Origin: a virus
Taxonomy: Duplodnaviria; Caudoviricetes
DNA length: 63,174 nucleotides
Virus record (IMG/VR): IMGVR_UViG_3300018405_000018
Location: 1-63,174 of that record
Strand: one strand, 5' to 3'
Positions 25,189 through 35,800 of this stretch are shown in pieces. How positions within the stretch are numbered: position 1 is the stretch's first letter; each line of letters begins with the position of its first letter. The position numbers were made by a program, and so were the translations under genes. A model generated the notes under the pieces. That model was not told where the DNA came from. It saw only the letters and a program-made list of their open reading frames with translations, and searched no databases.

Positions 25189-27372
25189 TTACAGTTGGAT
25201 TGGCATACCAATTTGGATTGCCAGAGATGTTGCAGAGAGGGCAATGCCAACTGGAGCAACGAACTGACCTTCGGTTGTCGGCACTGTTGTTGTAACAGCG
25301 CCAGCAACTGTCGGAGACAGGAAGTAGCGAGCACCTGCTGTCAGACCAGTCAGACCAGTCAGAGCACCTGCTGTAGCAACCTTGCCGGTCACGCCAACTG
25401 ATGTAACAAAGCCGATTACCTTCACAGCACCAGCCGCGTTAGCTTGTGCTCTAGCAACACCACCTGTGCCTGTTGCGTACACAGCATCACCAACAGCCAG
25501 ACCAGTTGTGTCAGCTGTGATTGTCGATGCAGCAGTGTCGATAGCAACGGTACCAGCAGCTGTCAGACGACCATCAGCACCAACGGTGAATGTTGGGATT
25601 GCTGTTGCGGAACCGTATGAACCTGCTGTAACTGTTGTGTTAGCGATAGAAACAACACCTGCTGTAGCTGTCAGACCTGTACCGATCTGTACAACACCTT
25701 TGGATGTTGCTGTTGCGTCGTCGACAGTGATTGTCAGTGTGTTGTTGCCGCCAACGGTGGTGCGAACACCTTGCGCGTTGTCGCCCAGGAAAGCAAACGT
25801 TTCACCAAGAGCCAACTGGTCCGTGGTTGTACCATCACCCAGAGTAACGCTGGTGCTTGCCAACATTGCGTTGGTGATAGCACCAGTACCGATGAACAGG
25901 CCATCAGCGTCTGTAGACAGACCACCAGAAGCTTTCAGTTTCAGAGCAAGAGTAGATGTTTCTGAAACTTGGTCAGGGGTGAAGTGCAGGCCACCAGTTG
26001 CAGCCAGTTCCACGTCCAGACGGTTACCTGTCTTAGACAGACCCAGACCAGCTGTAATCTGACCAGTACCTGTGAACTGAACCCAAGCTGTACCAGAGAA
26101 TACGTAACCGGTTTCTGTCGAGCTGTCGAACAGGGCGAAGCCATCAGTAGGCGTTACACCAGCACCCCAGCTCGAACCGTCGGAAGTGTAGATCCGGTTG
26201 TCTGTTGTGTTGACAAAACGTGTACCAGCTGCAGGAACTATGACAGGAAGAACAGCACCGATACCGGCCACTGGTTCTTGCCAGCTCAGGCCACCAGCCA
26301 GCGAGTCAACATAACCCTTAGTAGCAGCGTGCAGAGCAGTTGTAGGAGCAGCGTTCAATGTCAGGAAGCCTGTCATTGTATCGCCAGTTTTGCTTACCTT
26401 ACCGTCAATGTTTATCTGCAAATCTCTGTCAGCGGCTGCACGAGTAGATGCTTCAGCTGTGATGTTACCTTGCAGAGTTGTGTCGGCCTGACCGCGCGCG
26501 GTTGCTTCATTGCTGATAGCAGATGCGTTTGCGGCTACTGCTGCAGCCAACAGAACGTCAGCGTTGTTCAGAGATGTAGCAGCACTGATGTATGCGCTTC
26601 CAACATTTGCTACGTATGCGCCAGTATCAGACAGACCAGCACCAGCTTGTGTTGCGTCCAACTCACCTTGCAGAGCACCGACAGCGTTTGTACGAGCGGT
26701 TACTTCGTTGTTGATGGATGTTTGCAGAGCACCGTCAGCAGTCGTGCGAGCTGTTTCTTCAGCTTTCAGAGCTGTGTCGAGAGTTGTCAGGGCAGAACGG
26801 ATTGTCAGAGTGCCTGCTGACAGACCAGCCAAATAGTTTGAACCTGTGAATGCTGTTAGTGCACCTTCTGTTGTTAGACCAACAGAAGCTTCGATTGCGT
26901 CGATTTGCGACTGCAGATCTGTGCTACCAGTGGCGGCGGCGGCGGCAACGGCGTTGATAGCGCCAACAATAGATGTAGCACCTGCAGCAGAGTTAGTGAA
27001 TGTAACACCTGTCAGAGTGCCGTCAAGAGCTGTACCAATAGACAGCTGTGTAGCGTCCAACTCACCCTGCAGAGCACCGACAGCGCTTGTACGAGCGGTT
27101 GCTTCAGCGTTGATGGCTGTTTGCAGTGCTGTGTCAGCGCTTGCGCGGGTGGAAGCTTCTGAAGCTAGGTCAGCATCGAGTTCGTTGATAGCAGCAACGA
27201 GGCTTGTCTTAGCTGTTGTTGTCAGCAGCGTCAGGTCACCAGTACGTGACGTAACGAACGGTTGGGTAGCGGCTAAATCACCATTAACCAGACCAAATAC
27301 GGTATCTCCGCTTTGCAGCTGTTGCAGTTCCCCGGTTAACGGGTTTAATACGAGAACTTTTCTAGTAGCCAT
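25189..27372 (-). CDS. Coiled-coil/beta fibre protein (whisker- or head-fibre-like)
   Basis: N-terminal half has heptad repeats ([16 protein letters not shown] twice). Also KTGDTMTG.L...HAATKGYVD and [16 protein letters not shown] fibre motifs, and a C-terminal [13 protein letters not shown]...RYFLS domain. Confidence 0.75.
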   Translation of the reverse strand: MATRKVLVLNPLTGELQQLQSGDTVFGLVNGDLAATQPFVTSRTGDLTLLTTTAKTSLVAAINELDADLASEASTRASADTALQTAINAEATARTSAVGALQGELDATQLSIGTALDGTLTGVTFTNSAAGATSIVGAINAVAAAAATGSTDLQSQIDAIEASVGLTTEGALTAFTGSNYLAGLSAGTLTIRSALTTLDTALKAEETARTTADGALQTSINNEVTARTNAVGALQGELDATQAGAGLSDTGAYVANVGSAYISAATSLNNADVLLAAAVAANASAISNEATARGQADTTLQGNITAEASTRAAADRDLQINIDGKVSKTGDTMTGFLTLNAAPTTALHAATKGYVDSLAGGLSWQEPVAGIGAVLPVIVPAAGTRFVNTTDNRIYTSDGSSWGAGVTPTDGFALFDSSTETGYVFSGTAWVQFTGTGQITAGLGLSKTGNRLDVELAATGGLHFTPDQVSETSTLALKLKASGGLSTDADGLFIGTGAITNAMLASTSVTLGDGTTTDQLALGETFAFLGDNAQGVRTTVGGNNTLTITVDDATATSKGVVQIGTGLTATAGVVSIANTTVTAGSYGSATAIPTFTVGADGRLTAAGTVAIDTAASTITADTTGLAVGDAVYATGTGGVARAQANAAGAVKVIGFVTSVGVTGKVATAGALTGLTGLTAGARYFLSPTVAGAVTTTVPTTEGQFVAPVGIALSATSLAIQIGMPIQL

Positions 27373-27449
27373 TGATTTTCTCCTTGAAATTTAGAAGGCT
27401 TGTGTTAACATTTTTTTGCTGGTGATTGGGCCCAATCCAGCAATGGACT

Positions 27450-27456
27450 TATTTAT
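27450..27456 (-). promoter_or_regulatory. T4-type late promoter followed by a 5' leader hairpin (27416-27443)
   Basis: cATAAATA; inverted repeat TTGCTGG..GATTGGGCCCAATC..CCAGCAA. Confidence 0.7.
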
Positions 27457-27492
27457 GGTCAATCGTAAGTTTTTCTCAAATTCCGCAATATC

Positions 27493-28164
27493 TTACAGCT
27501 GAATTGGGGGTTCTACGTTGACATCAATCATTGTTGGTGACAACGCTTTGCCAACTTTAACAACGAACAGATTATCGCCAACGGGCGGTGTTGACGTGAT
27601 TCCGCCAGGGAAGTCTGAACGCAAGAAATAATCTCGTCCAGCAACCAGACCGCCTGTAGCGCCTGTCAAAATGTCCCATTCAGGAGTAATCTTTTCAACA
27701 ACGCCCTTCGTGGTGATTTCAACAACCTCACCTGGGTTAGCAACAGTGTTTGTTACTAAACCAACAACGGCTGACTTTTCGTGATCGTTTGCTTGTGCCT
27801 TTTTACATTCTGCTCCGTTAGCTAGCGTGATATAAACAGCCATGCCTTTGAGGATGGCTGATGTTTCACCGTTCAGTTTAGTGAATGTTTGAACTGCTGT
27901 GCCACCGCTGCCAACTGGCGCCCACTGAACCCAGTCAGCGTTTGTAATGCCTGCTTTAAGTGTGAAATATTGGTCAGCAGCAATGACATAGACCAACATC
28001 CCTAGTTTGCGGCGGTCGGCAGTAATAGCATCACGGTCGGCCAACGTAGCAACGGACCTATAGCCACCACGGTTGTATTGCTCGTCTGTTACCGCATATG
28101 TGTCCGTTGAGTCAGTTGGGGCAATAAACCCTGCTACCCGTACTGATCCTGGTATCGCTGCCAT
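27493..28164 (-). CDS. Fibre-associated structural protein
   Basis: GGYRSVATLADRDAI..RRKLGMLVYV motif. The C-terminal AQAN..VVGLV...YFL domain ends in PIQL, as in 25189..27372. Confidence 0.7.
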   Translation of the reverse strand: MAAIPGSVRVAGFIAPTDSTDTYAVTDEQYNRGGYRSVATLADRDAITADRRKLGMLVYVIAADQYFTLKAGITNADWVQWAPVGSGGTAVQTFTKLNGETSAILKGMAVYITLANGAECKKAQANDHEKSAVVGLVTNTVANPGEVVEITTKGVVEKITPEWDILTGATGGLVAGRDYFLRSDFPGGITSTPPVGDNLFVVKVGKALSPTMIDVNVEPPIQL

Positions 28165-28183
28165 TATTGTTTTCTCCTGATTA

Positions 28184-29377
28184 TTAGCTTACAGCGATCG
28201 TAATCGCGCCGCCGAGAACGTTTGTCGTTCTGTGAACACGATAATCTTGGACAACACCAAACGCGTTCGTGACTGAGACAATGACAGGCGGTTCGAAAGG
28301 AACGTCTAGGTTTGTTGATGTATCTTTAAATGTTGTTGCGGTTCCAAACACAGTCGGGTAAGCAATCCACTTATACCCACCAGCGTTGAATGAATAGTTG
28401 CCTGCGAGCCCAGAAACAAGTCCGTTAACTCGCAACGCTTCTATTTGGTTTTCCGTCAATGTAGTATTTACACTTTCACCAAAAAATCTCCGCCATTGCC
28501 AAGTCACTGTAAAGTCGCGTGTGAATACTGTTGTCTGTGTGTTTGTTGCCCGAATCCGCCAAACGTGCGTTGTTGCTGTCGTCTTTGTCGCGTCAGCAAA
28601 GGAAAGCACTTCTGTTCCGTCGTTAGCCAAACCGACTGCTAGCGACGTTGTGCCACCAGTGATGTTCTGGATCTCGACGGTGTTTGCGGTGATGTTGGAT
28701 GCGTTGGTTGCTGTCCATGTAAACGTTCTGTTTGCGCCCGTAACGGTTGCGCCAACTTCTAGCGTTGTTGATTGTCCAGAGATCGAGAAAGCGCTGAATG
28801 TGGGCGCTTGATAAGGATACAGCAAACTCTGCAACACAACTTCCACAGGCACGCTGTTAAATGTTGTGCCAGCAGGGATGCCGCCCAGTGCTGTCGGCGT
28901 TGGGGTTGTTGAGTTGAGCACCTGTGGCGGACTACCGCCAGAAATGTTGTCAACGATCTTAACGAAGTTGTAGTTCTGAACGTATTCTGTGTATTTGTCA
29001 TTAACACCTTGGAAATCTTTGGATACAACAGGAAGCAGCCCAAGATTAGTTGACGGTCTAGCGACAGTACACAATGCACCTATGACAGAACCAATATCCG
29101 GTGGGCCGAAAATCAGATCATTGTTGTCTATGAATGTGGCACGAACCTGCAGGTTCGTGCCTCCGGGCGATACAATTTCATTGATTGTATAGAAGGAGAA
29201 TGACCCAGTTTCATGCGGAGATGTGTCTACTGCAATTACATCTCCCACGGTAACATCAAGACCTGTGTAAGCACCATCAGCGTCAAAGAATTCAAGGTCG
29301 CATATCCACTCGCGCATTTCAGCGTCGTTTGGTACAACACTTGTTAAAGTGACTCTAGCTTGAAAAGATGTTTTCAT
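28184..29377 (-). CDS. Structural protein with Ig-like beta domains
   Basis: Thr-rich beta-strand pattern (LLYPYQAPTFSAFSISG..TLEVG); in an operon with fibre genes. Confidence 0.65.
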   Translation of the reverse strand: MKTSFQARVTLTSVVPNDAEMREWICDLEFFDADGAYTGLDVTVGDVIAVDTSPHETGSFSFYTINEIVSPGGTNLQVRATFIDNNDLIFGPPDIGSVIGALCTVARPSTNLGLLPVVSKDFQGVNDKYTEYVQNYNFVKIVDNISGGSPPQVLNSTTPTPTALGGIPAGTTFNSVPVEVVLQSLLYPYQAPTFSAFSISGQSTTLEVGATVTGANRTFTWTATNASNITANTVEIQNITGGTTSLAVGLANDGTEVLSFADATKTTATTHVWRIRATNTQTTVFTRDFTVTWQWRRFFGESVNTTLTENQIEALRVNGLVSGLAGNYSFNAGGYKWIAYPTVFGTATTFKDTSTNLDVPFEPPVIVSVTNAFGVVQDYRVHRTTNVLGGAITIAVS

Positions 29378-29387
29378 GTGAAATCTC

Positions 29388-32300
29388 TTACATCAACGAA
29401 TAACGTGTAATCCACGGCGATGCTGCAGTAAAGCTACCTGATTGGCCCATAGTTACCACACCTCCTGTGTTCGTTACAGTGGTGCCTGTAATAGCTTGAA
29501 CGCCGCCGGCACCATTATATCTGGTGATTACAGGTACCATCATTGTTGTCAGGCTTGCGTCTCCGTTTGGATCGGTGTATCGAACGAAGAAAGCGGTGCC
29601 TGACGGAATGAAAGAGGCTGGTGTGTGTATTGTTATTGTCTGTAGTTTAAACGTGGCTGGAATATTATCAAACCTGACTGTATCTCCGAACACACCCGCT
29701 TGATCAAGACGAACGGTAATCGCGTCGATGTCTGTTTGTGATCCGTAACCAACAAGATGGATGTTTGCAGTTTGATTCCCTGCAGCGTTCTGTATCGTCA
29801 TTTTACGTAGCACGACTGAAGCTCCGCCTGATCCGCCACCACCAGGAACGTTAACTGTAACAGCCCCGCCGCTATTTGTTGCAGTAACACCCGCACCCGT
29901 GAAGTTGATTGACGTAGCGCCTGTCGTCAACGAAGTGCCTTCGTCCAGAACAGCCAGAGCGCTTCCGCCGCCTCCACCAGGAATGTTGACAATCACACCA
30001 TCTGTTGACGATGTTGCTGTAACGCCAGCACCTGTGAAGTTTATGAACGTTGGAGCGGTGTGAACAACAGTTCCTTCGTCTTGAACGGCAAAGTTTGTTG
30101 TTCCAGACGAGCCGGTGAAGCCTTGAATACCCTGCGATCCAGTGAAGCCAGTCGCACCAGCAGGACCTGCAGAACCTGCAGAACCTGTAAAACCAGTTGG
30201 GCCAGCAGGTCCTGCAACCGTAGAGGTGGAGCCCGTGAAACCAGCACTGCCTGTGAAACCTACACCAGCACTGCCTGTGAAACCTTGTGAGCCATTGAAA
30301 CCTTGAATACCCTGTTGACCAGCGCTACCTGTAAAGCCGGCACCAGCACTACCTGTGAAACCAACTGAACCAGTGAAACCGTTCGTGCCTGCACTACCAG
30401 TAAAGCCGGCTGCACCTGCGCTACCAGTGAAGCCTGCACCAGCAGAACCAGTGAAACCAACTGAGCCGGCTGGTCCTGCAACGCCTGCACTACCAGTGAA
30501 ACCAGTGGCGCCAGCGGAGCCTGCAGGACCTGCGCTACCAGTGAAGCCTGTGGCGCCAGCAGAACCAGTAAAGCCTTGAATGCCTTGTTGACCTGCCGAA
30601 CCCGTGAAGCCAGCGCCGGCACTGCCTGTGAAACCAACTGAACCGGCAGGACCAGCTGCTCCTGCAGAACCTGTAAAGCCGGTTGCACCGGTGGAACCTG
30701 TAAAGCCGGTTGCACCAGTCGTTCCAGCTGCTCCTGCAGAACCAGTGAAGCCCGTAGCACCAGCACTACCTGTAAAGCCAGCACCAGCACTACCCGTAAA
30801 GCCAGTAGGTCCAGCAACTGTTGATGCAGAACCAGTGAAACCTGTTGCACCTTGAGGTCCTTGTGGACCAGTCACACCTTGTGTTCCAGAAAGGTCGGTT
30901 ACATATGAGTAAGCGGTGCCATTCCACAGATACAGTTTAGCATTATCTACATCGTTGACGTTGCCTGTTTCAATAATCGCAAACTGGCCTGATGCAATGC
31001 CAGTAGGCGCTGTGTCTGCAGTTAATGCAGCGACAGAAGCGTATACTTTTGCAATCGTGAATCCAATACCAGTGTCGCCTTTGGAACCTGTGAAACCGAT
31101 TGCACCTTGTGAGCCCGTAAAACCTACAGAACCTGCCGAGCCTGTGAAGCCTGTGCCTGCCGAGCCTGTGAAGCCTTGAATACCTGCAGTTCCTGCAGAA
31201 CCAGTGAAACCAGCACTGCCGGTGAAACCTGCTGTGCCTGATGGGCCTGCTGGTCCAGTGGACCCAGTAAAGCCTATTGCACCAGAAATACCTTGTGAAC
31301 CTGTGAAACCTGCATCACCACGCGAACCAGTGAAGCCTGCACCAGCAGAACCAGTGAAGCCTTGCGCACCAGGAGCGCCGTTTGTTCCAGCGCTTCCTGT
31401 GAATCCTGTGTCTCCACGAGAGCCTGTGAACCCAGCGCCAGCGGACCCAGTGAAACCGATTGAACCTGTGAATCCTGTTGCGCCTTGAGCGCCTGCCGAG
31501 CCTGTGAAACCAAATCCTGACGGTCCTTGCGAGCCAGTAAAACCACGCTCACCGGACAGACCTTGTGCACCATCTGCTCCAGCAGAACCGGTGAAGCCTT
31601 GGGATCCTGTGTAGCCTTGAGAGCCCGGACCAGTCACAACAGAAGCAATCTGTGCGTCAACGTATGCTTTATTAACAACTGATGTTGGCAATAATGGTGC
31701 ATCAACAATATCAATCTTCAATCCAGCAGGAACAAAAATGTCACCTGTCGTAACACCTGCCAGTTCAGTAATCCCACCACCTGTTCCTGGAGCACCACCG
31801 AGCATTGTTGTTGATGCTCGCATCATAATGGCGTGACGATCGATCACTGTTGCGACGGGTACTGGCGGAATCGCTGGTGTTAATGTTAAGGCACCGTATT
31901 CATCAACGTATAAAGGAGCGTTGATTTCTGCACCAGCAGCAAGCCAGTCCCAAGCACCATTGTAGATAACACCATCCAACGCAACGTTAATGAAATCGCC
32001 CGCTGCAGCATCAAACTCAATGATACCGTACGTCACCTGGGTAATGTTATGCGGGCTTGCAGCGATAACTTTGTTGTAGTCGGAGAACTGAACAATCGTG
32101 TGAGACGGCATTGATTCTTCTGCTTCTGCACGAAGTTGTACCGATCCGAGCTTAACTTGTGTGCTGTTAGCAATCCCTGTAACAGCATAGTCTTCTGTTG
32201 TGAAGTATGTGCCGTCTTTCTTCTTTAGAACGCCACCAAAGTTGTCATAGATCAGTGCACCCGCGTGAGTTGGACGGATGATACCAACTTGTGTGCCAGT

Positions 32301-32750
32301 AAACACGCCAACGTTGTTGCTCATACTGACAAACACGCCACCCTGCGTCAGTTGCGCTGCGAACACGCGAATCACACGCTGCCATCTGTTAGCAGCCGCA
32401 ACATACACTTTCATCTGGCCAGACGATGTGTCAAACCAATGTTGGTCATTTGCTGCGTTTGCTGGTGGGGTTGGGCCTTCAACAGGCTCTAACAACGTGT
32501 GTCCGAACGAACGAGCACCAGTGACAAGGTGCATATCCCAGTACAGCCAGTAGTTTGTACCAGAAACAAAAGGACCAGCCCACGCATTTGCTACAGTTTG
32601 TTTTTCAGAAAGCAAATAATCAGACGATCCGTCAGCAAATGCAACCAATACGGTGTCGTTAGGCGGGACTTGCAAAGATACTGCTGATCCAGAACGAGAT
32701 AAAAAGTTCGCTGGTGCACGGACCAAGCCTTGTCTAAAGTCGATTAACAT
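29388..32750 (-). CDS. Collagen-like fibre protein D
   Basis: N-terminal ~310 aa paralogous to 32807..36811; ~41 G[FY]TGS; one YASVAALTAD module; two DEGT...INFTGAGVTAT repeats; distinct C-terminal domain. Confidence 0.85.
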   Translation of the reverse strand: MLIDFRQGLVRAPANFLSRSGSAVSLQVPPNDTVLVAFADGSSDYLLSEKQTVANAWAGPFVSGTNYWLYWDMHLVTGARSFGHTLLEPVEGPTPPANAANDQHWFDTSSGQMKVYVAAANRWQRVIRVFAAQLTQGGVFVSMSNNVGVFTGTQVGIIRPTHAGALIYDNFGGVLKKKDGTYFTTEDYAVTGIANSTQVKLGSVQLRAEAEESMPSHTIVQFSDYNKVIAASPHNITQVTYGIIEFDAAAGDFINVALDGVIYNGAWDWLAAGAEINAPLYVDEYGALTLTPAIPPVPVATVIDRHAIMMRASTTMLGGAPGTGGGITELAGVTTGDIFVPAGLKIDIVDAPLLPTSVVNKAYVDAQIASVVTGPGSQGYTGSQGFTGSAGADGAQGLSGERGFTGSQGPSGFGFTGSAGAQGATGFTGSIGFTGSAGAGFTGSRGDTGFTGSAGTNGAPGAQGFTGSAGAGFTGSRGDAGFTGSQGISGAIGFTGSTGPAGPSGTAGFTGSAGFTGSAGTAGIQGFTGSAGTGFTGSAGSVGFTGSQGAIGFTGSKGDTGIGFTIAKVYASVAALTADTAPTGIASGQFAIIETGNVNDVDNAKLYLWNGTAYSYVTDLSGTQGVTGPQGPQGATGFTGSASTVAGPTGFTGSAGAGFTGSAGATGFTGSAGAAGTTGATGFTGSTGATGFTGSAGAAGPAGSVGFTGSAGAGFTGSAGQQGIQGFTGSAGATGFTGSAGPAGSAGATGFTGSAGVAGPAGSVGFTGSAGAGFTGSAGAAGFTGSAGTNGFTGSVGFTGSAGAGFTGSAGQQGIQGFNGSQGFTGSAGVGFTGSAGFTGSTSTVAGPAGPTGFTGSAGSAGPAGATGFTGSQGIQGFTGSSGTTNFAVQDEGTVVHTAPTFINFTGAGVTATSSTDGVIVNIPGGGGGSALAVLDEGTSLTTGATSINFTGAGVTATNSGGAVTVNVPGGGGSGGASVVLRKMTIQNAAGNQTANIHLVGYGSQTDIDAITVRLDQAGVFGDTVRFDNIPATFKLQTITIHTPASFIPSGTAFFVRYTDPNGDASLTTMMVPVITRYNGAGGVQAITGTTVTNTGGVVTMGQSGSFTAASPWITRYSLM

Positions 32751-32782
32751 TCCGTAAACTCCATTTGTGTGGTCGGTTGTAT

Positions 32783-32790
32783 TATTTATA
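32783..32790 (-). promoter_or_regulatory. T4 late promoter (canonical TATAAATA)
   Basis: Exact T4 late consensus upstream of 32750. Confidence 0.8.
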
Positions 32791-32806
32791 CAAATGCTGG
32801 TGGAAA

Positions 32807-35800
32807 TCAGATGATGTCATTCATGAACAGCGTTGCGTTATACTTAAAGGTAGTGTTAGCAGTGAATGGTGTTGTAATCGTTGTCTCTGCATAGATTTCA
32901 ACTTGAGCCAAGGTGGAGTTGTAGAGAGCAGACCATTGAACAAACGCTGTGCCAACACTAGTGTGTGTTAGATACACATTACCGGCATCATCATAAGCAG
33001 CATACAGCTCAGCCAAGCAAGTATCTTCAGATCCGTAGTTGCGAACGTTAACAAGGTATTTTCCTGCTGTAAACTGGGCGATAGCAAAACTATCAACCAT
33101 TATTGGCAGATTGCTGTTGTGTGTAAACTTACCGTTGCGAACAACTGTAACATCACCGAATGTCACCTCGCTGTCAACTTGGTTTAGGTTGGTTGATCCG
33201 TTCCATGTAGCTACAACTTTGTTGGGGTGAAGGCTAGTGATCCATATTGGATCGGCATAGCTGCCGTTTGTATACACACCGTTGGTTACTGTAGAGGCGT
33301 TGCCGAGAATGCTGATATCCCACGTTCCTGTTGCTCCTGTGCCGTTTAGCGGAACACCACCAAGGTTAGACAGTGCTGCAGGCGCCGTACTTGCTCCTGT
33401 GCCGCCCTGAGCAATCGTCAGTACGCCTGTGATTTGTGCCGCAGGAATGTCGTTAACTGTACCCCACGTATTTGCTGCTGTTCTAACAACGTATCCAGTC
33501 GTTGACAAGTTTTCTACAGCGGCGAGGTCATCAGCAAGCGATAGTGATATTGAACCAGCGGTCGTGATTGGACCACCAGAAATAGCCAGGCCCGGTGATG
33601 TTGTTGTCACGTTGACGGATGTCACTGTTCCGTTGCCGCCTTGTGGGAAAATAATCTGGGCCCAGTTTGCTATGTTTGTCGGATCTTCGTTAACAAGAAT
33701 GAACGTAGAACTCAAATCTGAGCGGATAACGATGTCACCGCGCGTGGCCGACAGTCCAAGCATTTCTGCTTGTGTAGTAACCGTAAACGTTCTTGTTCTA
33801 ACATAGTCAGGCAGCTGCACAGCAGGAACCTTTCCTGTCATGTCAAGACCTGCAACTGTGACGCCAATATCAACAGGCTTCAAATATACGCCATCGTGGT
33901 TGTGAATCAGCGGAGCAGCATCGGTAATACCGTAACCAGCTAGTGTTGTTGGTGTGTTAGTGATTGCAGACCAGTTCCACGTCTTAGCATCAACTTCTGC
34001 TTTTGTATACGCGTTGATGATTCCATAACCAGCCAACGTTGTCGGGCGGTTAGTGATTGCAGACCAGTTCCATGTCAGCGCTTGTGTTTGTGCTTGTGTA
34101 TAAGCATCCGTAATCCCGTAACCAGCAAGCGTTGTTGGACGGTTAATGATTGCAGACCAGTTCCACGTCAAAGCGTTAACTTGCGTCTGGGTATATGCAT
34201 CAGTAATCCCATAACCAGCGAGTGTTGTCGGTCTTCCTGTTATGCCAGCCCACGGTACTGTGTTTGCAGACGCTGCGTTGATGTTCCAGTTACCAAATGC
34301 TCCAAAACCGTTTGTAAGAGCAATCGTGCCAATGCTGTTTGGCATATTGTACGTGATTGTTGAGCCGGAAGTGATATTGCCAGCCTCAAACTTAAACCGT
34401 TTGGTTACATCTAACGCGTCAACAACAGTGAAGTTTGCATCACGGACTGTGGTCGTGTTTGTATCGTCAAATGTTTTTCCTGAAATCACGGTCGGCAATG
34501 CAGCGTTGTCCAAGCCAAGAGCGGACCAGTTTGTTCCGTTCCAGTGCAAGATGTCGCCAACGTTCTTTACGGATGTGTTGACGTCCTCCAACAATTCCAG
34601 TCTGTGGTTGTGAGCCAGTGGGGCAGCATCAGTAATCCCATAACCAGCGAGCGTTGTTGCCACATTTGCTTTTGTCGCTAAGAACGTATCAACTTCTGTC
34701 TTGGAATAGATGTCAGTGATTCCGTAACCAATATAACTTGTTGGACGGTTAGTGATCGCAGACCAGTTCCACGTCAGCGCGTCTGTTTGTACACGGGTGT
34801 ACGCGTCAGTGATCCCGTATCCTGATATCGTTGTTGGGCGGCCAGTTATTCCGGTCCAAGCAACCGATGATGCGGCTGGGACTGTTCCCGAAATGTCAGA
34901 GCCAGGAATTTGATTAAGGACGGAATACGTTGTTCCATTTCCTTTCAGGTAGCCAGAGACGGATGATAGTCCTGTACCGCCGTTACCCATCGGCAAAACG
35001 CCAACAACAATCCCCGAACCTGCGTTCAGATCTACTGGACGAACTTCCCAAGTGTCAATCCCAATCCTATGTGCAACACCAGTGCCTGAAATGTTTTCCA
35101 GTGCAGCAAGGTCGTTAGCAAGAGAAAGAGAAATCGTTCCGCTGCTGGTTACAGGACCGCCTGTTGTGACAATCCCCTGTTGTCCTGCAGCAGGTGTGAC
35201 GTTGACCCACACAACACCGTCCGGACGTGTTAGTAACTCTTGCCAATCGCCAATCAATGTAGGGTTGGAGCCCCGAAGAACGTACGTGATTCCTTGGTCA
35301 GTGCGAACTGCAAGATCACCCGTTTGTGCAGTCAGGCTGAGCATCTCTGTTTGCGACGAAACAACAAACGTGTTGGAGATTGCCATAGGAGGCAGTTGGC
35401 TTATTGTGATTTTGCCTGTTGCATCAAGAGTAGCGACGCCGTTTGCAGCACCCCGTTGTGATTTTTCAACAAACAGATCAACATATTGTTTTGGAGCAGC
35501 CGCGAGGTCGTGTGTTGGATTACCACTCAACAGTAGAGGGCCTGTCATCGTGTCGCCAGCACGTCCCACCTTAGCGCTTTCCAGGTTTTGCAGCGAGGAT
35601 TGAACCGTGCCCGTAATGTTTGCGCCAAATGGAGCGGGAATTACATCCTCTGCTGTGTGAGTGTGAGGAAGTGGGAGCCGCGGATCAGACAGACGAGGAT
35701 CGTTAGTTTCAACAGCATATGGTGAACCCGGATCGGTCGGCGTTGCTGTTAACTTTACCTTGCCGAGTTCAAATTGTGTTGCCGCTTCACCGACCCCGCC

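Noticed and set aside
25382-27394. Long plus-strand ORFs (226, 283 and 182 aa) opposite the coiled-coil fibre
   Set aside because: Antisense open frames are expected from the biased codon usage of the real gene, and these have no motifs or expression signals.
11270-31573. Many plus-strand ORFs rich in EPVKP and alternate-frame minus ORFs rich in LVLLV/SQV
   Set aside because: These are antisense or frame-shifted shadows of the G[FY]TGS collagen repeats, with no SD or promoter support.
11155-32750. Repeat arrays as a CRISPR array
   Set aside because: The repeats are in-frame coding units with synonymous variation. There is no constant repeat with unique spacers and no cas gene.
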